Part shown: one piece after another, positions 20,810-30,768 of the stretch
Position numbering within the stretch: position 1 is the first letter of the stretch
Layout of the letters: each line of letters begins with the position of its first letter
The notes under the pieces: model-generated
Told to the model about the DNA's origin: nothing
Database searches by the model: none
What the model saw: the letters and a program-made list of their open reading frames with translations, nothing else
Translations under genes and position numbers: made by a program
Source of the DNA: an uncultured Bacteroidota bacterium
Lineage (GTDB): Bacteria > Bacteroidota > Bacteroidia > Flavobacteriales > Flavobacteriaceae
DNA length: 64,000 bases
Direction of reading: 5' to 3'
Assembly (NCBI GenBank): GCA_902602415.1
Contig: CACKQW010000001.1
Span: 22,342-86,341 of the forward strand

Positions 20810-21586
20810 TTAAGATTTAGCTTCTTGCTTGTCTGATTTAGTTTTTGATTCATTATCATTATCAACTGATTCAGATTGTTCTTCATTTTCTTTGGCATCA
20901 TTTCTTTCAGAAATACCTACAGAAATTGACTTACAAACGTGCTCTAAAATTTTTGAAATTGACTTAGAAGCATCATCATTTGAAGGTATAACATAATCAA
21001 TACCCCTAGGGTCAGAGTTGGTATCTACCATTGCAAAGATTGGTATATTAAGTTTTTGAGCTTCTTTGATTGCGATTTTTTCACGAACAACATCAACAAC
21101 AAATAGTGCTCCGGGAAGTCTAGTCATTGTAGAAATTGATCCTAGATTCTTTTCAAGTTTCTCTCTTAATCTGCTAATTTGTAATTTTTCCTTTTTTGAA
21201 AGAGAGTTAAATGTACCATCTTGCTTCATTCTATCAATAGATGACATTTTTTTTACTGCTCTTCTTATTGTCACAAAGTTTGTTAGCATTCCACCAGGCC
21301 ATCTTTCAGTTATGTAGGGCATATTAACCCCTTTGGATGAAGTTGAAACAATATCTTTAGCTTGTTTTTTTGTCGCAACGAAGAGTATTTTTCTTCCGGA
21401 AGCAGCAATTTTTTTTAATGCATTACAGGCTTCTTCTAATTTTGCCTGGGTTTTATATAAATTGATGATGTGAATCCCATTTTTTTCCATGTAAATATAA
21501 GGAGACATATTAGGATTCCATTTTCTGGTTAAATGACCAAAATGTACACCAGCTTGTATTAAATCTTGAACTTGTGGTTTATTCAT
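20810..21586 (-). CDS. rpsB: 30S ribosomal protein S2
   Basis: 258 aa. LIQAGVHFGH signature. Acidic/Lys-rich C-terminal tail. Confidence 0.97.
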   Translation of the reverse strand: MNKPQVQDLIQAGVHFGHLTRKWNPNMSPYIYMEKNGIHIINLYKTQAKLEEACNALKKIAASGRKILFVATKKQAKDIVSTSSKGVNMPYITERWPGGMLTNFVTIRRAVKKMSSIDRMKQDGTFNSLSKKEKLQISRLREKLEKNLGSISTMTRLPGALFVVDVVREKIAIKEAQKLNIPIFAMVDTNSDPRGIDYVIPSNDDASKSISKILEHVCKSISVGISERNDAKENEEQSESVDNDNESKTKSDKQEAKS

Positions 21587-21673
21587 TTTATTTAGTTTAC
21601 GTTCTTATTTATTAGCAATATTCAAGTGGTATAAAATAATTTAAGCCTTGAATATTTAGATGCTAAACTAATT

Positions 21674-22066
21674 TTATCTTTTTGAGAATTGGAATTTTTT
21701 TCTAGCTTTCTTTTGACCAAATTTTTTTCTTTCGACCATTCTAGGGTCTCTTGTTAGAAGTCCAAGTGGTTTGAGTATTTTTCTGTAATTCTCATCAACT
21801 TCACAAAGTGCTCTTGAAATCGCTAATCTGATAGCTTCAACTTGACCTGTCATGCCACCACCATAAACATTGACTGACATGTCAAATGAATTATCAAGGC
21901 CACAAACATTAAATGGTTGGTTGACTTTAAACTGATGAGAAGGAGAGGGAAAGTAGCTTTTCCAATCTTTACTATTAATTATTATATTCCCTTTACCCTT
22001 TTTTAAATATATTCTGGCAACAGAAGTTTTTCTTCTACCAATTTTATGTATTACATTTTTTTCCAT
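21674..22066 (-). CDS. rpsI: 30S ribosomal protein S9
   Basis: 130 aa. [19 protein letters not shown] and C-terminal KKFQFSKR. Confidence 0.97.
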   Translation of the reverse strand: MEKNVIHKIGRRKTSVARIYLKKGKGNIIINSKDWKSYFPSPSHQFKVNQPFNVCGLDNSFDMSVNVYGGGMTGQVEAIRLAISRALCEVDENYRKILKPLGLLTRDPRMVERKKFGQKKARKKFQFSKR

Positions 22067-22512
22067 TAGCTGAAATTAAAAGGTTTAGGCTGTTGCGCAG
22101 AAAACTTATGATCTTCTCCAACGTTGACATGTAAATTTTTAAAAATCTTTGATCCTAATTTGTTTTTTGGAAGCATTCCCTTTACTGCTTTTTCAATAAT
22201 TGTATTTGGATTTTTATTAAATAGTTCGGTTGCATTTAAACTTCGTTGACCACCTGGGTATCCTGTGTAGCGAATATAGTTTTTTTGGCTCCACTTTTTA
22301 CCTGAAAGATTAATCTTTGCAGAATTTATTACAACCACATTATCTCCACAATCAACATGAGGCGTAAAATTAGGTTTATTCTTACCTCTCAATAGTATCG
22401 CAATTGTAGAGGCTAATCTTCCTAGATTTTGGCCATTGGCATCAACAAGAATCCAGCCTTTATTGACTGTTTTTTTATTTGCTGAAATGGTTTTAAAACT
22501 TATTGTATCCAA
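22066..22512 (-). CDS. rplM: 50S ribosomal protein L13
   Basis: 148 aa. [16 protein letters not shown] signature. TTG start (no in-frame ATG upstream before a stop). The stop overlaps the rpsI ATG (TAATG). Confidence 0.95.
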   Translation of the reverse strand: MDTISFKTISANKKTVNKGWILVDANGQNLGRLASTIAILLRGKNKPNFTPHVDCGDNVVVINSAKINLSGKKWSQKNYIRYTGYPGGQRSLNATELFNKNPNTIIEKAVKGMLPKNKLGSKIFKNLHVNVGEDHKFSAQQPKPFNFS

Positions 22513-22545
22513 ATTTAAAAATTTTTAACTCTCAAAAAGAGCACG

Positions 22546-22553
22546 CAAATCTA
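22546..22553 (-). promoter_or_regulatory. -7 box TAGATTTG upstream of rplM-rpsI
   Basis: Exact TAnnTTTG match on the minus strand, 33 nt before the TTG start. Confidence 0.45.
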
Positions 22554-22591
22554 CAATTAATATAATAATTAGCAAAAAATAAAATAAATTT

Positions 22592-25273
22592 TTAATGAGC
22601 CTCCAACCAATTCACTCCATAATTTATGTCTACTGAGAGAGGAACATCCAATTTGAATACGTTTTCCATTTGATGTCTTACAATCTCCATCACCTCATTT
22701 AACTCAGGTTTAAACACATCGAAAACTAACTCATCATGAATCTGTAACAGCATTTTACTCTTAATTTTTTTTGAAATAAATTCTTTTTGAATATTTATCA
22801 TTGACATTTTTATTATGTCTGCAGCACTTCCTTGAATCGGCGCATTTACTGCATTTCTTTCTGCTGCACTTTTTATAATGCTATTATTAGAGTTAATGTC
22901 TCTCAGCACTCTTCTTCTTCCAAGTATGGTTTCAACATATCCTTTGTCTCTGGCGAAAAAAATTTGCTTTTCTATGAATTCTTTTAGTTTAGGGTATTTT
23001 TCATAGTAGGTTTCTATTAGGTTTTTAGATTCTTTTATATTCAAATCTGTTTGATTGCTCAAACCAAAGGCAGAAACTCCGTAAATTATACCAAAATTTA
23101 CAATTTTTGCATGAGATCTTTGTTGCCTGGTTACCTTTTCTAGAGGAATGTTAAACACAGTTGCAGCAGTTGACGTATGAATGTCTTCGTTTTTTTCAAA
23201 TGAACGAATCATATTATCCTCCTTACTTAGAGCAGCAATTACCCTAAGTTCAATTTGTGAATAATCGGCAGCCATCAAGAAAAAGTCTTTATTTCTTGGG
23301 ATAAATGCCTTTCTAATCTCTTTTCCACTCTCAGTTCTAATGGGAATATTTTGAAGATTTGGATTAACACTACTAAGTCTTCCAGTAGCAGCTACAGTTT
23401 GTAAAAAATTTGTGTGGATTCTATTAGTTGATTTCGAAATTTGTTTTGGAAGAGAGTCAATGTAAGTGTTTAAAAGTTTAGAGACACTTCTGTAGTTAAG
23501 GATTAATTTTACAAAATCATTATTTTTTGCAAGATTAGACAAAATGTCTTCTGCAGTTGAGTATTGGCCAGTTTTAGTTTTTTTTGGGTTTTTACTGACC
23601 TTCATTTTTTCAAATAATATTTCTCCTAGTTGTTTTGGGGATGATATGTTAAATTCTTCACCTGATATTTCAAAAATATCTTTTTGAATTTTTATCAACT
23701 TTTGGTTAGTTTTCGCTGAAAGATTATTTAAAAATTTTGTATCCAAATTTATTCCTTCAATCTCCATTGATGCTAAAACTTTCAGTAAGGGAATCTCAAT
23801 TTTTTCATAAAGATCAAGCTGATTTTTTTTCATAAGGTCAGCATACAATGGTTTGTGAAGCTGAAATATCAAATTTGATATTTCATACTTTTCAAGTTCA
23901 TTAGAATTTTTATCGATTTGAATATTAAGGTATTTTTTTGAAAGATTTATTAAGTTATGACTGGCATCAGCATTAATTAAATAGTGAGATAATTGAACAT
24001 CAAATACCTTGCTTTTCACAGATATGTTGTTCTGTAATAGTAATTTAATATCAGATTTTAAATCATATGAAATTTTTTCACATTCATCTGAAAAAAAAGA
24101 TTCAATAAAATTTAAATTTATTTTTGAGGTAAGGTTTATTTGATACACAAGATCTTTTTGCCAACAAATAGAAATTCCTATTAATTCATTTTGATCGGAT
24201 TTGTGAAGTGTATAGCTCACCGTTTTTTTTCCACGCATTATTTTTTCAAATAATTTATATGAAATTCCATCCAGAACTTTTTGAATAATCAAATTATTTT
24301 TTTTGGAAATTGTTTCTCTTTCAGTGTTTGCGAATAAATCAAATTGTCCGTTATTTTTCGAATCATTTTTTTTTTCAATAGTTTCTTTTGAAGTTGAAAA
24401 TATTGAGTTTAGGCTATTACTCAATCTTCTAAACTCCAAATCATCAAATAAGTTTTTTGTTTCTTCTAATTCATGTACACTAAGTTTAAAATCTTCAATT
24501 TTAAAATTTAAAGGAACATCCGTAATAATTGTTGCAAGTTTTTTGGACAAAATCCCAAGCTGCTTATTTTGTTCGACTTTTTCTTTTATTTTTCCTTTCA
24601 ATTGATCAGTGTTTTCAAACAAACCTTCCAAAGAACCAAACTGGCTGATAAATTTTTTTGCAGTTTTATCTCCTACACCAGGAAGACCAGGAATATTATC
24701 TACAGAGTCCCCTTTCATTGCTAAAAAATCAATCACTTGAGATGTTTTATTTATTTCAAACTTTTTTAATACTTCATCAATTCCCCATGTTTCATAACCT
24801 CCTCCAAATACTGGTCTATACATATAGATATCTTTTTCAACTAATTGTGCGAAGTCCTTATCTGGCGTTACCATGTAAGTTTTAAGATTTTTTTGTTTTG
24901 CTTTTTTTGCAATTGTCCCAATTATATCATCAGCCTCATAGCCTTCCTTTACCACTGTAGCAATATTTAATGATTTTAGAATTTTTTCTATATATGGAAC
25001 AGCTATTTTAATTGCTTCGGGTGTTTCATCCCTATTTGCTTTGTATTCTTTGAAAATTTTTGTCCTATCATGACTACCTCCTTTATCAAAACATACGGCA
25101 ATATATTCCGGGGTTTCCCTTTTAATAACATCAAAAAGAGAATTAGTAAAACCCATTATGGCTGAAGTATCAACTCCTTTTGAATTTATTCTTGGGTTTT
25201 TTATAAATGCGTAATATCCACGAAAAATTAAAGCATATGCATCAACAAGGAAAAGTTTTTTTTTTGTTTCCAA
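22592..25273 (-). CDS. polA: DNA polymerase I
   Basis: 893 aa. 5' nuclease domain (LVDAYALIFRGYY). Polymerase motif A ADYSQIELR, motif B RSHAKIVNFGIIYG, motif C LQIHDELV. The central exonuclease-like domain lacks a clear Exo I DxE motif (see findings). Confidence 0.97.
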   Translation of the reverse strand: METKKKLFLVDAYALIFRGYYAFIKNPRINSKGVDTSAIMGFTNSLFDVIKRETPEYIAVCFDKGGSHDRTKIFKEYKANRDETPEAIKIAVPYIEKILKSLNIATVVKEGYEADDIIGTIAKKAKQKNLKTYMVTPDKDFAQLVEKDIYMYRPVFGGGYETWGIDEVLKKFEINKTSQVIDFLAMKGDSVDNIPGLPGVGDKTAKKFISQFGSLEGLFENTDQLKGKIKEKVEQNKQLGILSKKLATIITDVPLNFKIEDFKLSVHELEETKNLFDDLEFRRLSNSLNSIFSTSKETIEKKNDSKNNGQFDLFANTERETISKKNNLIIQKVLDGISYKLFEKIMRGKKTVSYTLHKSDQNELIGISICWQKDLVYQINLTSKINLNFIESFFSDECEKISYDLKSDIKLLLQNNISVKSKVFDVQLSHYLINADASHNLINLSKKYLNIQIDKNSNELEKYEISNLIFQLHKPLYADLMKKNQLDLYEKIEIPLLKVLASMEIEGINLDTKFLNNLSAKTNQKLIKIQKDIFEISGEEFNISSPKQLGEILFEKMKVSKNPKKTKTGQYSTAEDILSNLAKNNDFVKLILNYRSVSKLLNTYIDSLPKQISKSTNRIHTNFLQTVAATGRLSSVNPNLQNIPIRTESGKEIRKAFIPRNKDFFLMAADYSQIELRVIAALSKEDNMIRSFEKNEDIHTSTAATVFNIPLEKVTRQQRSHAKIVNFGIIYGVSAFGLSNQTDLNIKESKNLIETYYEKYPKLKEFIEKQIFFARDKGYVETILGRRRVLRDINSNNSIIKSAAERNAVNAPIQGSAADIIKMSMINIQKEFISKKIKSKMLLQIHDELVFDVFKPELNEVMEIVRHQMENVFKLDVPLSVDINYGVNWLEAH

Positions 25274-25312
25274 ATATCCTAGTTATTAATAAATTTCATA
25301 CAATTTAAATCC

Positions 25313-26959
25313 TTATCTAATAAGATTTTGATCTGCAAGGATTTTTTTTGTCATGTATGCATATATTACAAGAAATACAAAGCAAATAACAGCTATCCAA
25401 TAAGATGTAATTATTCCAAAAATATCTGCAAGTTTTCCTTGAAGAGGAGGTATTATAGCTCCACCTAAAATCATCATAACTAAAAAAGAGGATCCTTGTG
25501 AAGTATATTTACCAAGGCCTGTAATACTAAGAGAGAATATACAGGGCCACATGATTGAACAAAATAAACCTCCAGTCAGAAAAGCAAATAAAGCAATTTG
25601 TCCTGAACCAAATATTCCTACTAACATGGCAATTACACCCAAGAAACTAAAAATTCCCATCATTTTGAGAGCGTTATCTTTTGCATAATAAAATCCAATA
25701 ATTTGAATAATTATTAACATAGAAAAAATTCCAATTTCAGAAATTGTGAGGGGATTACTAAAAGAATTTACAGCTATTACGACACCAAAAGCAATAAAAG
25801 GGGTAAGAAATAATAATATCTTTTTTAATGATTTTGATATATCAAATGCTCCAATTGATCCTGTCCATCTTCCAATCATCAGCCCCCCCCAATACAGTGC
25901 AATATATTTTGCACTTTGTGCTTCGTCAAGAACAGGTAGACCAATAGCGTTTAGACCTTTACCAATGTCTGCTTTAAGTAATTCTCCCAAATTACTTTGG
26001 ATTGTTACCTCAACTCCTACATAGGTGAAAATTGCTAACATACCCCATGCAAGTTGAGGATATTTTAAGGCTCCCCATCCATCAGATTTTTTGGTAGCTG
26101 AAAAATATGCTCTGAAAACTAATATAAATACAGATAGAAGACAAATTACAGTAAGAAGAAGTCTTATTATTTCCAATTCTTCAACAGGGCTATTTTCAAA
26201 AGTAGGAGTATATGAGTAAAAAATCCACCCAAAACATAGGGTCATGATAATAGTCATGAAAATAAGCATGGTTTTAGCCTTATGAGCAGACTCAAAAGGT
26301 TCATCATTTTTTGCATCAGGAAGATTTTTTGAAACATAAAAAAATACTGCTACCAATAGAAAAGCAACTGCAACTGCAATGTATAACCCTTGAACAGAGC
26401 TTAGTTCAATAATATCCCAATTAACCTCAGAGGCTGATCCAAAAAGTACAAAGGCAATCAATATTGGACCAATGGCAGTTCCAAAAGAATTGACTCCACC
26501 AGCCAAATTCAGTCTGTTTGATCCAGTCGTAGGATCACCAAGTGATACAGCAAATGGATTTGCAGCCGTTTGTTGTAGTGAAAAACCTAATCCGATTACG
26601 AATAAAGCAATTAGAACATAATAAAAAACTTCAGTGTCACCTTGCTGAGCGCCGTTAACTGAGGGATACATCATCACAGCACCAATTATGGAAATTATTA
26701 AACCATAAATAATTCCCTTTTTATACCCCCAATTATTTAAAATATCTTTTTTAGAATAGCTTGACCAAATAAATAATGTTAAAGCACCGATGAAATAAGC
26801 TCCATAAAATGCAAATTCGACAAGTTGAGCTTGAAATTGATCAATCTGAAAATAGGTTTTGCAGAATGGAATAAACACACCATTTGAGGCTCCAAAAAAT
26901 CCCCAAAAGAAAAATACTGTTATTAGAGTAAATAATGCTGGATTATTTTGATTTTTCAT
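25313..26959 (-). CDS. MFS sugar transporter (FucP/GluP-like family)
   Basis: 548 aa, polytopic. N-terminal FFFWGFFGASNG resembles the fucose/glucose-galactose permease signature. It appears to carry extra helices in the central loop. Confidence 0.75.
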   Translation of the reverse strand: MKNQNNPALFTLITVFFFWGFFGASNGVFIPFCKTYFQIDQFQAQLVEFAFYGAYFIGALTLFIWSSYSKKDILNNWGYKKGIIYGLIISIIGAVMMYPSVNGAQQGDTEVFYYVLIALFVIGLGFSLQQTAANPFAVSLGDPTTGSNRLNLAGGVNSFGTAIGPILIAFVLFGSASEVNWDIIELSSVQGLYIAVAVAFLLVAVFFYVSKNLPDAKNDEPFESAHKAKTMLIFMTIIMTLCFGWIFYSYTPTFENSPVEELEIIRLLLTVICLLSVFILVFRAYFSATKKSDGWGALKYPQLAWGMLAIFTYVGVEVTIQSNLGELLKADIGKGLNAIGLPVLDEAQSAKYIALYWGGLMIGRWTGSIGAFDISKSLKKILLFLTPFIAFGVVIAVNSFSNPLTISEIGIFSMLIIIQIIGFYYAKDNALKMMGIFSFLGVIAMLVGIFGSGQIALFAFLTGGLFCSIMWPCIFSLSITGLGKYTSQGSSFLVMMILGGAIIPPLQGKLADIFGIITSYWIAVICFVFLVIYAYMTKKILADQNLIR

Positions 26960-27097
26960 AATTTATACAAGGTTAGTTAGTAAATTCTAATTTAATAAAA
27001 ACATAGCTATAAACCGATTCTTAATTTTCAAAGATTTTAACAATATTGTCTAAATAATTGATTAACATTGTTTTAACAGAAAATTTCATTAAAACAT

Positions 27098-27105
27098 TAT
27101 CTTTG
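27098..27105 (+). promoter_or_regulatory. -7 box TATCTTTG upstream of the thioredoxin-fold gene
   Basis: Exact TAnnTTTG match, 22 nt before the ATG. Confidence 0.45.
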
Positions 27106-27127
27106 TATATAATAATTAAGCAGAATT

Positions 27128-27424
27128 ATGGCCAGATTTGGAGACTTGATTAATGTTGAGGTCCCTGTTCTTTTAGAATTTTTTACTGAATGGGATGAAG
27201 CATCCAAAACTATGCATCCCGTTGTTAAAGATGTTGCTGCTGCATTGGGTGATAAGGCTAAAATCATTAAAATTGATGTTGAAAAAAATAATGAATTAGC
27301 TGATGCTCTGCGAATTAAAGGTGTTCCTACTTTTATTATTTATAAAAGTGGAGAGATGAAATGGCGTCAAAGGGGAGAAGAGAGTGCAAATACTCTAATA
27401 AATAGAGTTAAAAAATTTCTTTAG
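27128..27424 (+). CDS. thioredoxin-fold protein lacking the CxxC active site
   Basis: 98 aa with thioredoxin layout (VLLEFFTEW..., KGVPTFIIYK cis-Pro loop). WCGPCK is replaced by WDEASK (27191-27208). The protein contains no cysteine. Confidence 0.8.
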   Translation: MARFGDLINVEVPVLLEFFTEWDEASKTMHPVVKDVAAALGDKAKIIKIDVEKNNELADALRIKGVPTFIIYKSGEMKWRQRGEESANTLINRVKKFL

Positions 27425-30400
27425 TTATAAAAATAGATCTAGGTAAGAGTTAAATTCACTCAATACTTCTTTGTAATATTCCTCACTTTCATAGGGTAAA
27501 ATTGTTTCCACTAAAGATCTGTATCTTTCTATATCAGTATAAATGAGCTCAGAATATCGAATTTTATTGTTCTCAGATAATCCACTGAAATAGAATAATT
27601 TTTCTTGATATTTTGAAGAAATGAGCGTGAAAATTTTTCTTGCCTTTTGTTTCTTTTCTAGTAAATAGTAAGAATCAATAAATGGTTCTAATAAAGTATA
27701 ATATCCATAATCTTCAATTGGCATTTTTTTCATGCTTAAATCCAATAATTCTAATGCCTTTTCCTTTTTATTTTCAACGATTAATTTCTTGATTAATCTT
27801 GTAATATTGCCCCTATATGTAATGCTATTTTTCCTTGACTCTTCATCTAAATAAATATTATTTTCATGCAGATTACCCCAACTCCATTTTTTGACAATAT
27901 CAATCATTTTTTCAGAGTCAATTCTTCCCATTTCATAAGGGTTTTGGGGATTTATTTTGGTTTTTATGGGTACTAATTTGTAGCACATTCCATCAAGTTG
28001 AAGGTAATCTTTCATCCAAATGTAATCTTCATCAGAAAAGGCACCACCAGAAAAATAAATTGGGCGCTTCCAATTATTATTAGAAACTATATCAAGCATC
28101 AATAGTCTGTTTTTATAAATAGCCTGAGATTTGATTTTAATAATAATCTCATCTTCAATCAATGACAGATCAACTTCACTAACCAGCCCACTTTCAATAA
28201 CATTATTTTTATTAACTGGTATTTTAATATTTTCAGTTGGCAAAAAATTTGCGTTTAGATCTTGGGATCTGAAACCGGAAATATCATATCCTTGTTGCTT
28301 TAATATTTCTCCATATTTATATTTCTTTTCGTCTTTTGTAATAAAGTCCATAATAAGATTTAACTCTATCGTGTCATTAGTTATTTCCTCTTTGATAATA
28401 TAATCTCGAGTACCGTGTTTATATTTATCATGTGTGAGGTTTGAAGGAATTGGGTCACTCTCATAGGCTTTTCTTTTCATTTGATCGATATACCAATCGG
28501 TACTCAACAAGCTAGTATTTACTACTCTTACATCTGTACGAATACCTTCAATTTCCTGCGCATACCATAATGGGAACGTGTCGTTATCACCTATTGTAAA
28601 TAAAATTGCATTTGGGTCACATGAATTCAAATAATTTTTTGCCATTGAAAGTGCTGAATATCTTCCACTTCGATCATGATCATCATAATTGTTGGCAAAT
28701 AAATTTACAGGTACAGCCAATAAACAAATTAGAAATGACAATATTTGAGCAAACCTAATTTTTAATAATGTGAAAATTTTGGAAATATAATATCCTCCAA
28801 AGCCAATAAATATAGAAAAAACGTAAAAGGAGCCAACCAAAGAATAGTCTCTTTCTCTAGGTTCAAAGGGACGTACATTTGTATATACCTGAATAGCTAA
28901 TCCTGTAAAAATAAACAATGTAAGAAATACCCAAAAATACTCTTTATTAACACTATATAAAAAATAACATCCCAAAAGACCAAGAAGAAAAGGTAAAAGA
29001 AAATAGGTATTTCTTCCTTTATTATTTAATACATCAGATGGTAAATTTTTCTGTGAAATGCCTAAAATAATTTCATCTATGAAATTGATTCCTGAAATCC
29101 AATTTCCATGAAGATCCATTTTACCTTGAATATCATCTTGCTTGCCAGAAAAGTTCCACATGAAATATCTGAAATACATATAACCAATTTGATAGTCAAT
29201 GAGGTAATATAGATTTGAGAATAACGATGGTTTTTTTATTTCTAAAAATTGTCCATATTGTTTCAAAAAATTATGGAAATCTTCATAGTCAATATTCCCC
29301 GAATTAATTTCATTTTTGAATTCATTTACTAAAGATTGGATATTTTCTTCATTTTTGTAATTAAGTTTTATGTCAAAGTCGAGAAATCCTGTATAATTTA
29401 AGTAGTTTTTTGCATGTTCTGAGCTCCACATCCTTGGAAGAAATGAGGCATGTTTAGAATTAAAATTTTGAATTGCATTCTCATAATCATTTACAATTAT
29501 ATATTTACCGTTAATTAAATCTTTTTCATATTTTGGATTGTCATCCTTGTATGGGTCTTCTTTATCTAATCCTGAGTATTGATCTGTAAAAAGAGGTCCA
29601 TAGAATAAATAAGTTCTTGGATATTGCTCAAGATTATAGTAAGCAAGCAATTCTCTCGCATTTGATGGATTGTTTTCATTGACCACCACATTTGCATTAG
29701 CTCTTATTGGAAGAATTAGCCATGAAGAGAAGCCGATCATAATAAATAATATGCAAAGAATAAATGTATTTGTATGAATTAGTTTTTTCTTTTCAGTATA
29801 CTTGAGTAAGTAGGTGAAGAAAAAAACAATTATTATAAATGCTATTAAAGTACCAGAGTTGAATGGTAAACCAATATCATTTACAAAAAATAATTCCATT
29901 GAACTAAAAAACTTCAACACCGAGGGAAGTAATAGTTTAAAAATTGCCATTAGTATAATTACGCCAATTATATTTGCTATTACAAAGCTATAAATGCGCC
30001 CAACAGAGTATTTTTTAAAAATTTGCTTATTTTTTTTAAAATAAAAAATTAAAAATAACCCAGGTATTGTTAGTAAACCCATAAAATGAACTCCAAATGA
30101 CAGGCCAATAACAAAAGAGATTAAAATTAACCACTTATTTCCTCTGCTTAGATCCATGTCTCTTTCCCAAAGTAAACCTAGATATATAAGCAAAGACATT
30201 ATTAACGTAGCCATTGCATAAACTTCAGCTTCAACTGCATTAAACCAAAAACTATCTGTAAAAGCAAATGACATTGAGCCTATAAAAGCAGGCCCGAAAA
30301 CTTTAAGTTTATTTTCTTCAAGTTTTAGGTTTCTTAAAAGATTTCTTGAAATTAGCAAGGATATGGTCCAGAACATGATTGCAATAGATAAAGCACTAGC

Positions 30401-30658
30401 AAAACCACTCATTAAGTTCATGGTAAAGCCAATGTTTTCTGTATTTAGTGCAAAAATTGAAAATATTGCTCCTAGCATCTGATATAGGGGAGCTCCTGGA
30501 GGGTGTCCAACCTGGAGCTTAGATGAAGTAGTAATATACTCACCCGTGTCCCAAAAACTCACAGTAGGCTCGGCTGTCAAAAAATAGACTGAAAAGGAAA
30601 TCAAAAAACATAACCAGCCTAAATAAAAGTTCCAATTTTTATAGCTATTGACAGTCAT
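27425..30658 (-). CDS. DUF2723 (TMEM260-like, GT-C-type glycosyltransferase-like) large membrane protein
   Basis: 1077 aa. N-terminal hallmark EPTVSFWDTGEYITTSSKLQVGHPPGAPLYQ. About 10+ TM helices, then a large soluble C-terminal part. Confidence 0.8.
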   Translation of the reverse strand: MTVNSYKNWNFYLGWLCFLISFSVYFLTAEPTVSFWDTGEYITTSSKLQVGHPPGAPLYQMLGAIFSIFALNTENIGFTMNLMSGFASALSIAIMFWTISLLISRNLLRNLKLEENKLKVFGPAFIGSMSFAFTDSFWFNAVEAEVYAMATLIMSLLIYLGLLWERDMDLSRGNKWLILISFVIGLSFGVHFMGLLTIPGLFLIFYFKKNKQIFKKYSVGRIYSFVIANIIGVIILMAIFKLLLPSVLKFFSSMELFFVNDIGLPFNSGTLIAFIIIVFFFTYLLKYTEKKKLIHTNTFILCILFIMIGFSSWLILPIRANANVVVNENNPSNARELLAYYNLEQYPRTYLFYGPLFTDQYSGLDKEDPYKDDNPKYEKDLINGKYIIVNDYENAIQNFNSKHASFLPRMWSSEHAKNYLNYTGFLDFDIKLNYKNEENIQSLVNEFKNEINSGNIDYEDFHNFLKQYGQFLEIKKPSLFSNLYYLIDYQIGYMYFRYFMWNFSGKQDDIQGKMDLHGNWISGINFIDEIILGISQKNLPSDVLNNKGRNTYFLLPFLLGLLGCYFLYSVNKEYFWVFLTLFIFTGLAIQVYTNVRPFEPRERDYSLVGSFYVFSIFIGFGGYYISKIFTLLKIRFAQILSFLICLLAVPVNLFANNYDDHDRSGRYSALSMAKNYLNSCDPNAILFTIGDNDTFPLWYAQEIEGIRTDVRVVNTSLLSTDWYIDQMKRKAYESDPIPSNLTHDKYKHGTRDYIIKEEITNDTIELNLIMDFITKDEKKYKYGEILKQQGYDISGFRSQDLNANFLPTENIKIPVNKNNVIESGLVSEVDLSLIEDEIIIKIKSQAIYKNRLLMLDIVSNNNWKRPIYFSGGAFSDEDYIWMKDYLQLDGMCYKLVPIKTKINPQNPYEMGRIDSEKMIDIVKKWSWGNLHENNIYLDEESRKNSITYRGNITRLIKKLIVENKKEKALELLDLSMKKMPIEDYGYYTLLEPFIDSYYLLEKKQKARKIFTLISSKYQEKLFYFSGLSENNKIRYSELIYTDIERYRSLVETILPYESEEYYKEVLSEFNSYLDLFL

Positions 30659-30669
30659 AAATTTTTTTT

Positions 30670-30677
30670 CAAATTTA
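30670..30677 (-). promoter_or_regulatory. -7 box TAAATTTG upstream of the DUF2723 gene
   Basis: Exact TAnnTTTG match on the minus strand, 11 nt before the ATG. Confidence 0.4.
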
Positions 30678-30750
30678 TTAATAAATAATTAAGAAAATAT
30701 GCGATTAAACTTAATTAAAGAAAATATTGTTGTTGAAATAAAAATTATTT

Positions 30751-30758
30751 TAAATTTG
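30751..30758 (+). promoter_or_regulatory. -7 box TAAATTTG upstream of tRNA-Gln
   Basis: Exact TAnnTTTG match, 10 nt before the mature tRNA 5' end. TTG triplets lie 15-21 nt upstream. Confidence 0.5.
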
Positions 30759-30768
30759 CAACCTTAAT

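Noticed and set aside
21617-21656. 10-bp perfect inverted repeat AATATTCAAG / CTTGAATATT with a 20-nt loop between rpsI and rpsB
   Set aside because: The stem is AT-rich, the loop is large and no U-tract follows on the transcribed (minus) strand. It is not a convincing intrinsic terminator. It could be a processing or weak pause site, but that is unsupported.
25313-26959. MFS transporter with apparently 14 or more hydrophobic segments instead of 12
   Set aside because: The count comes from eyeballing hydrophobic stretches only. Central-loop extra helices occur in known MFS subfamilies. This is not distinctive without a topology prediction.
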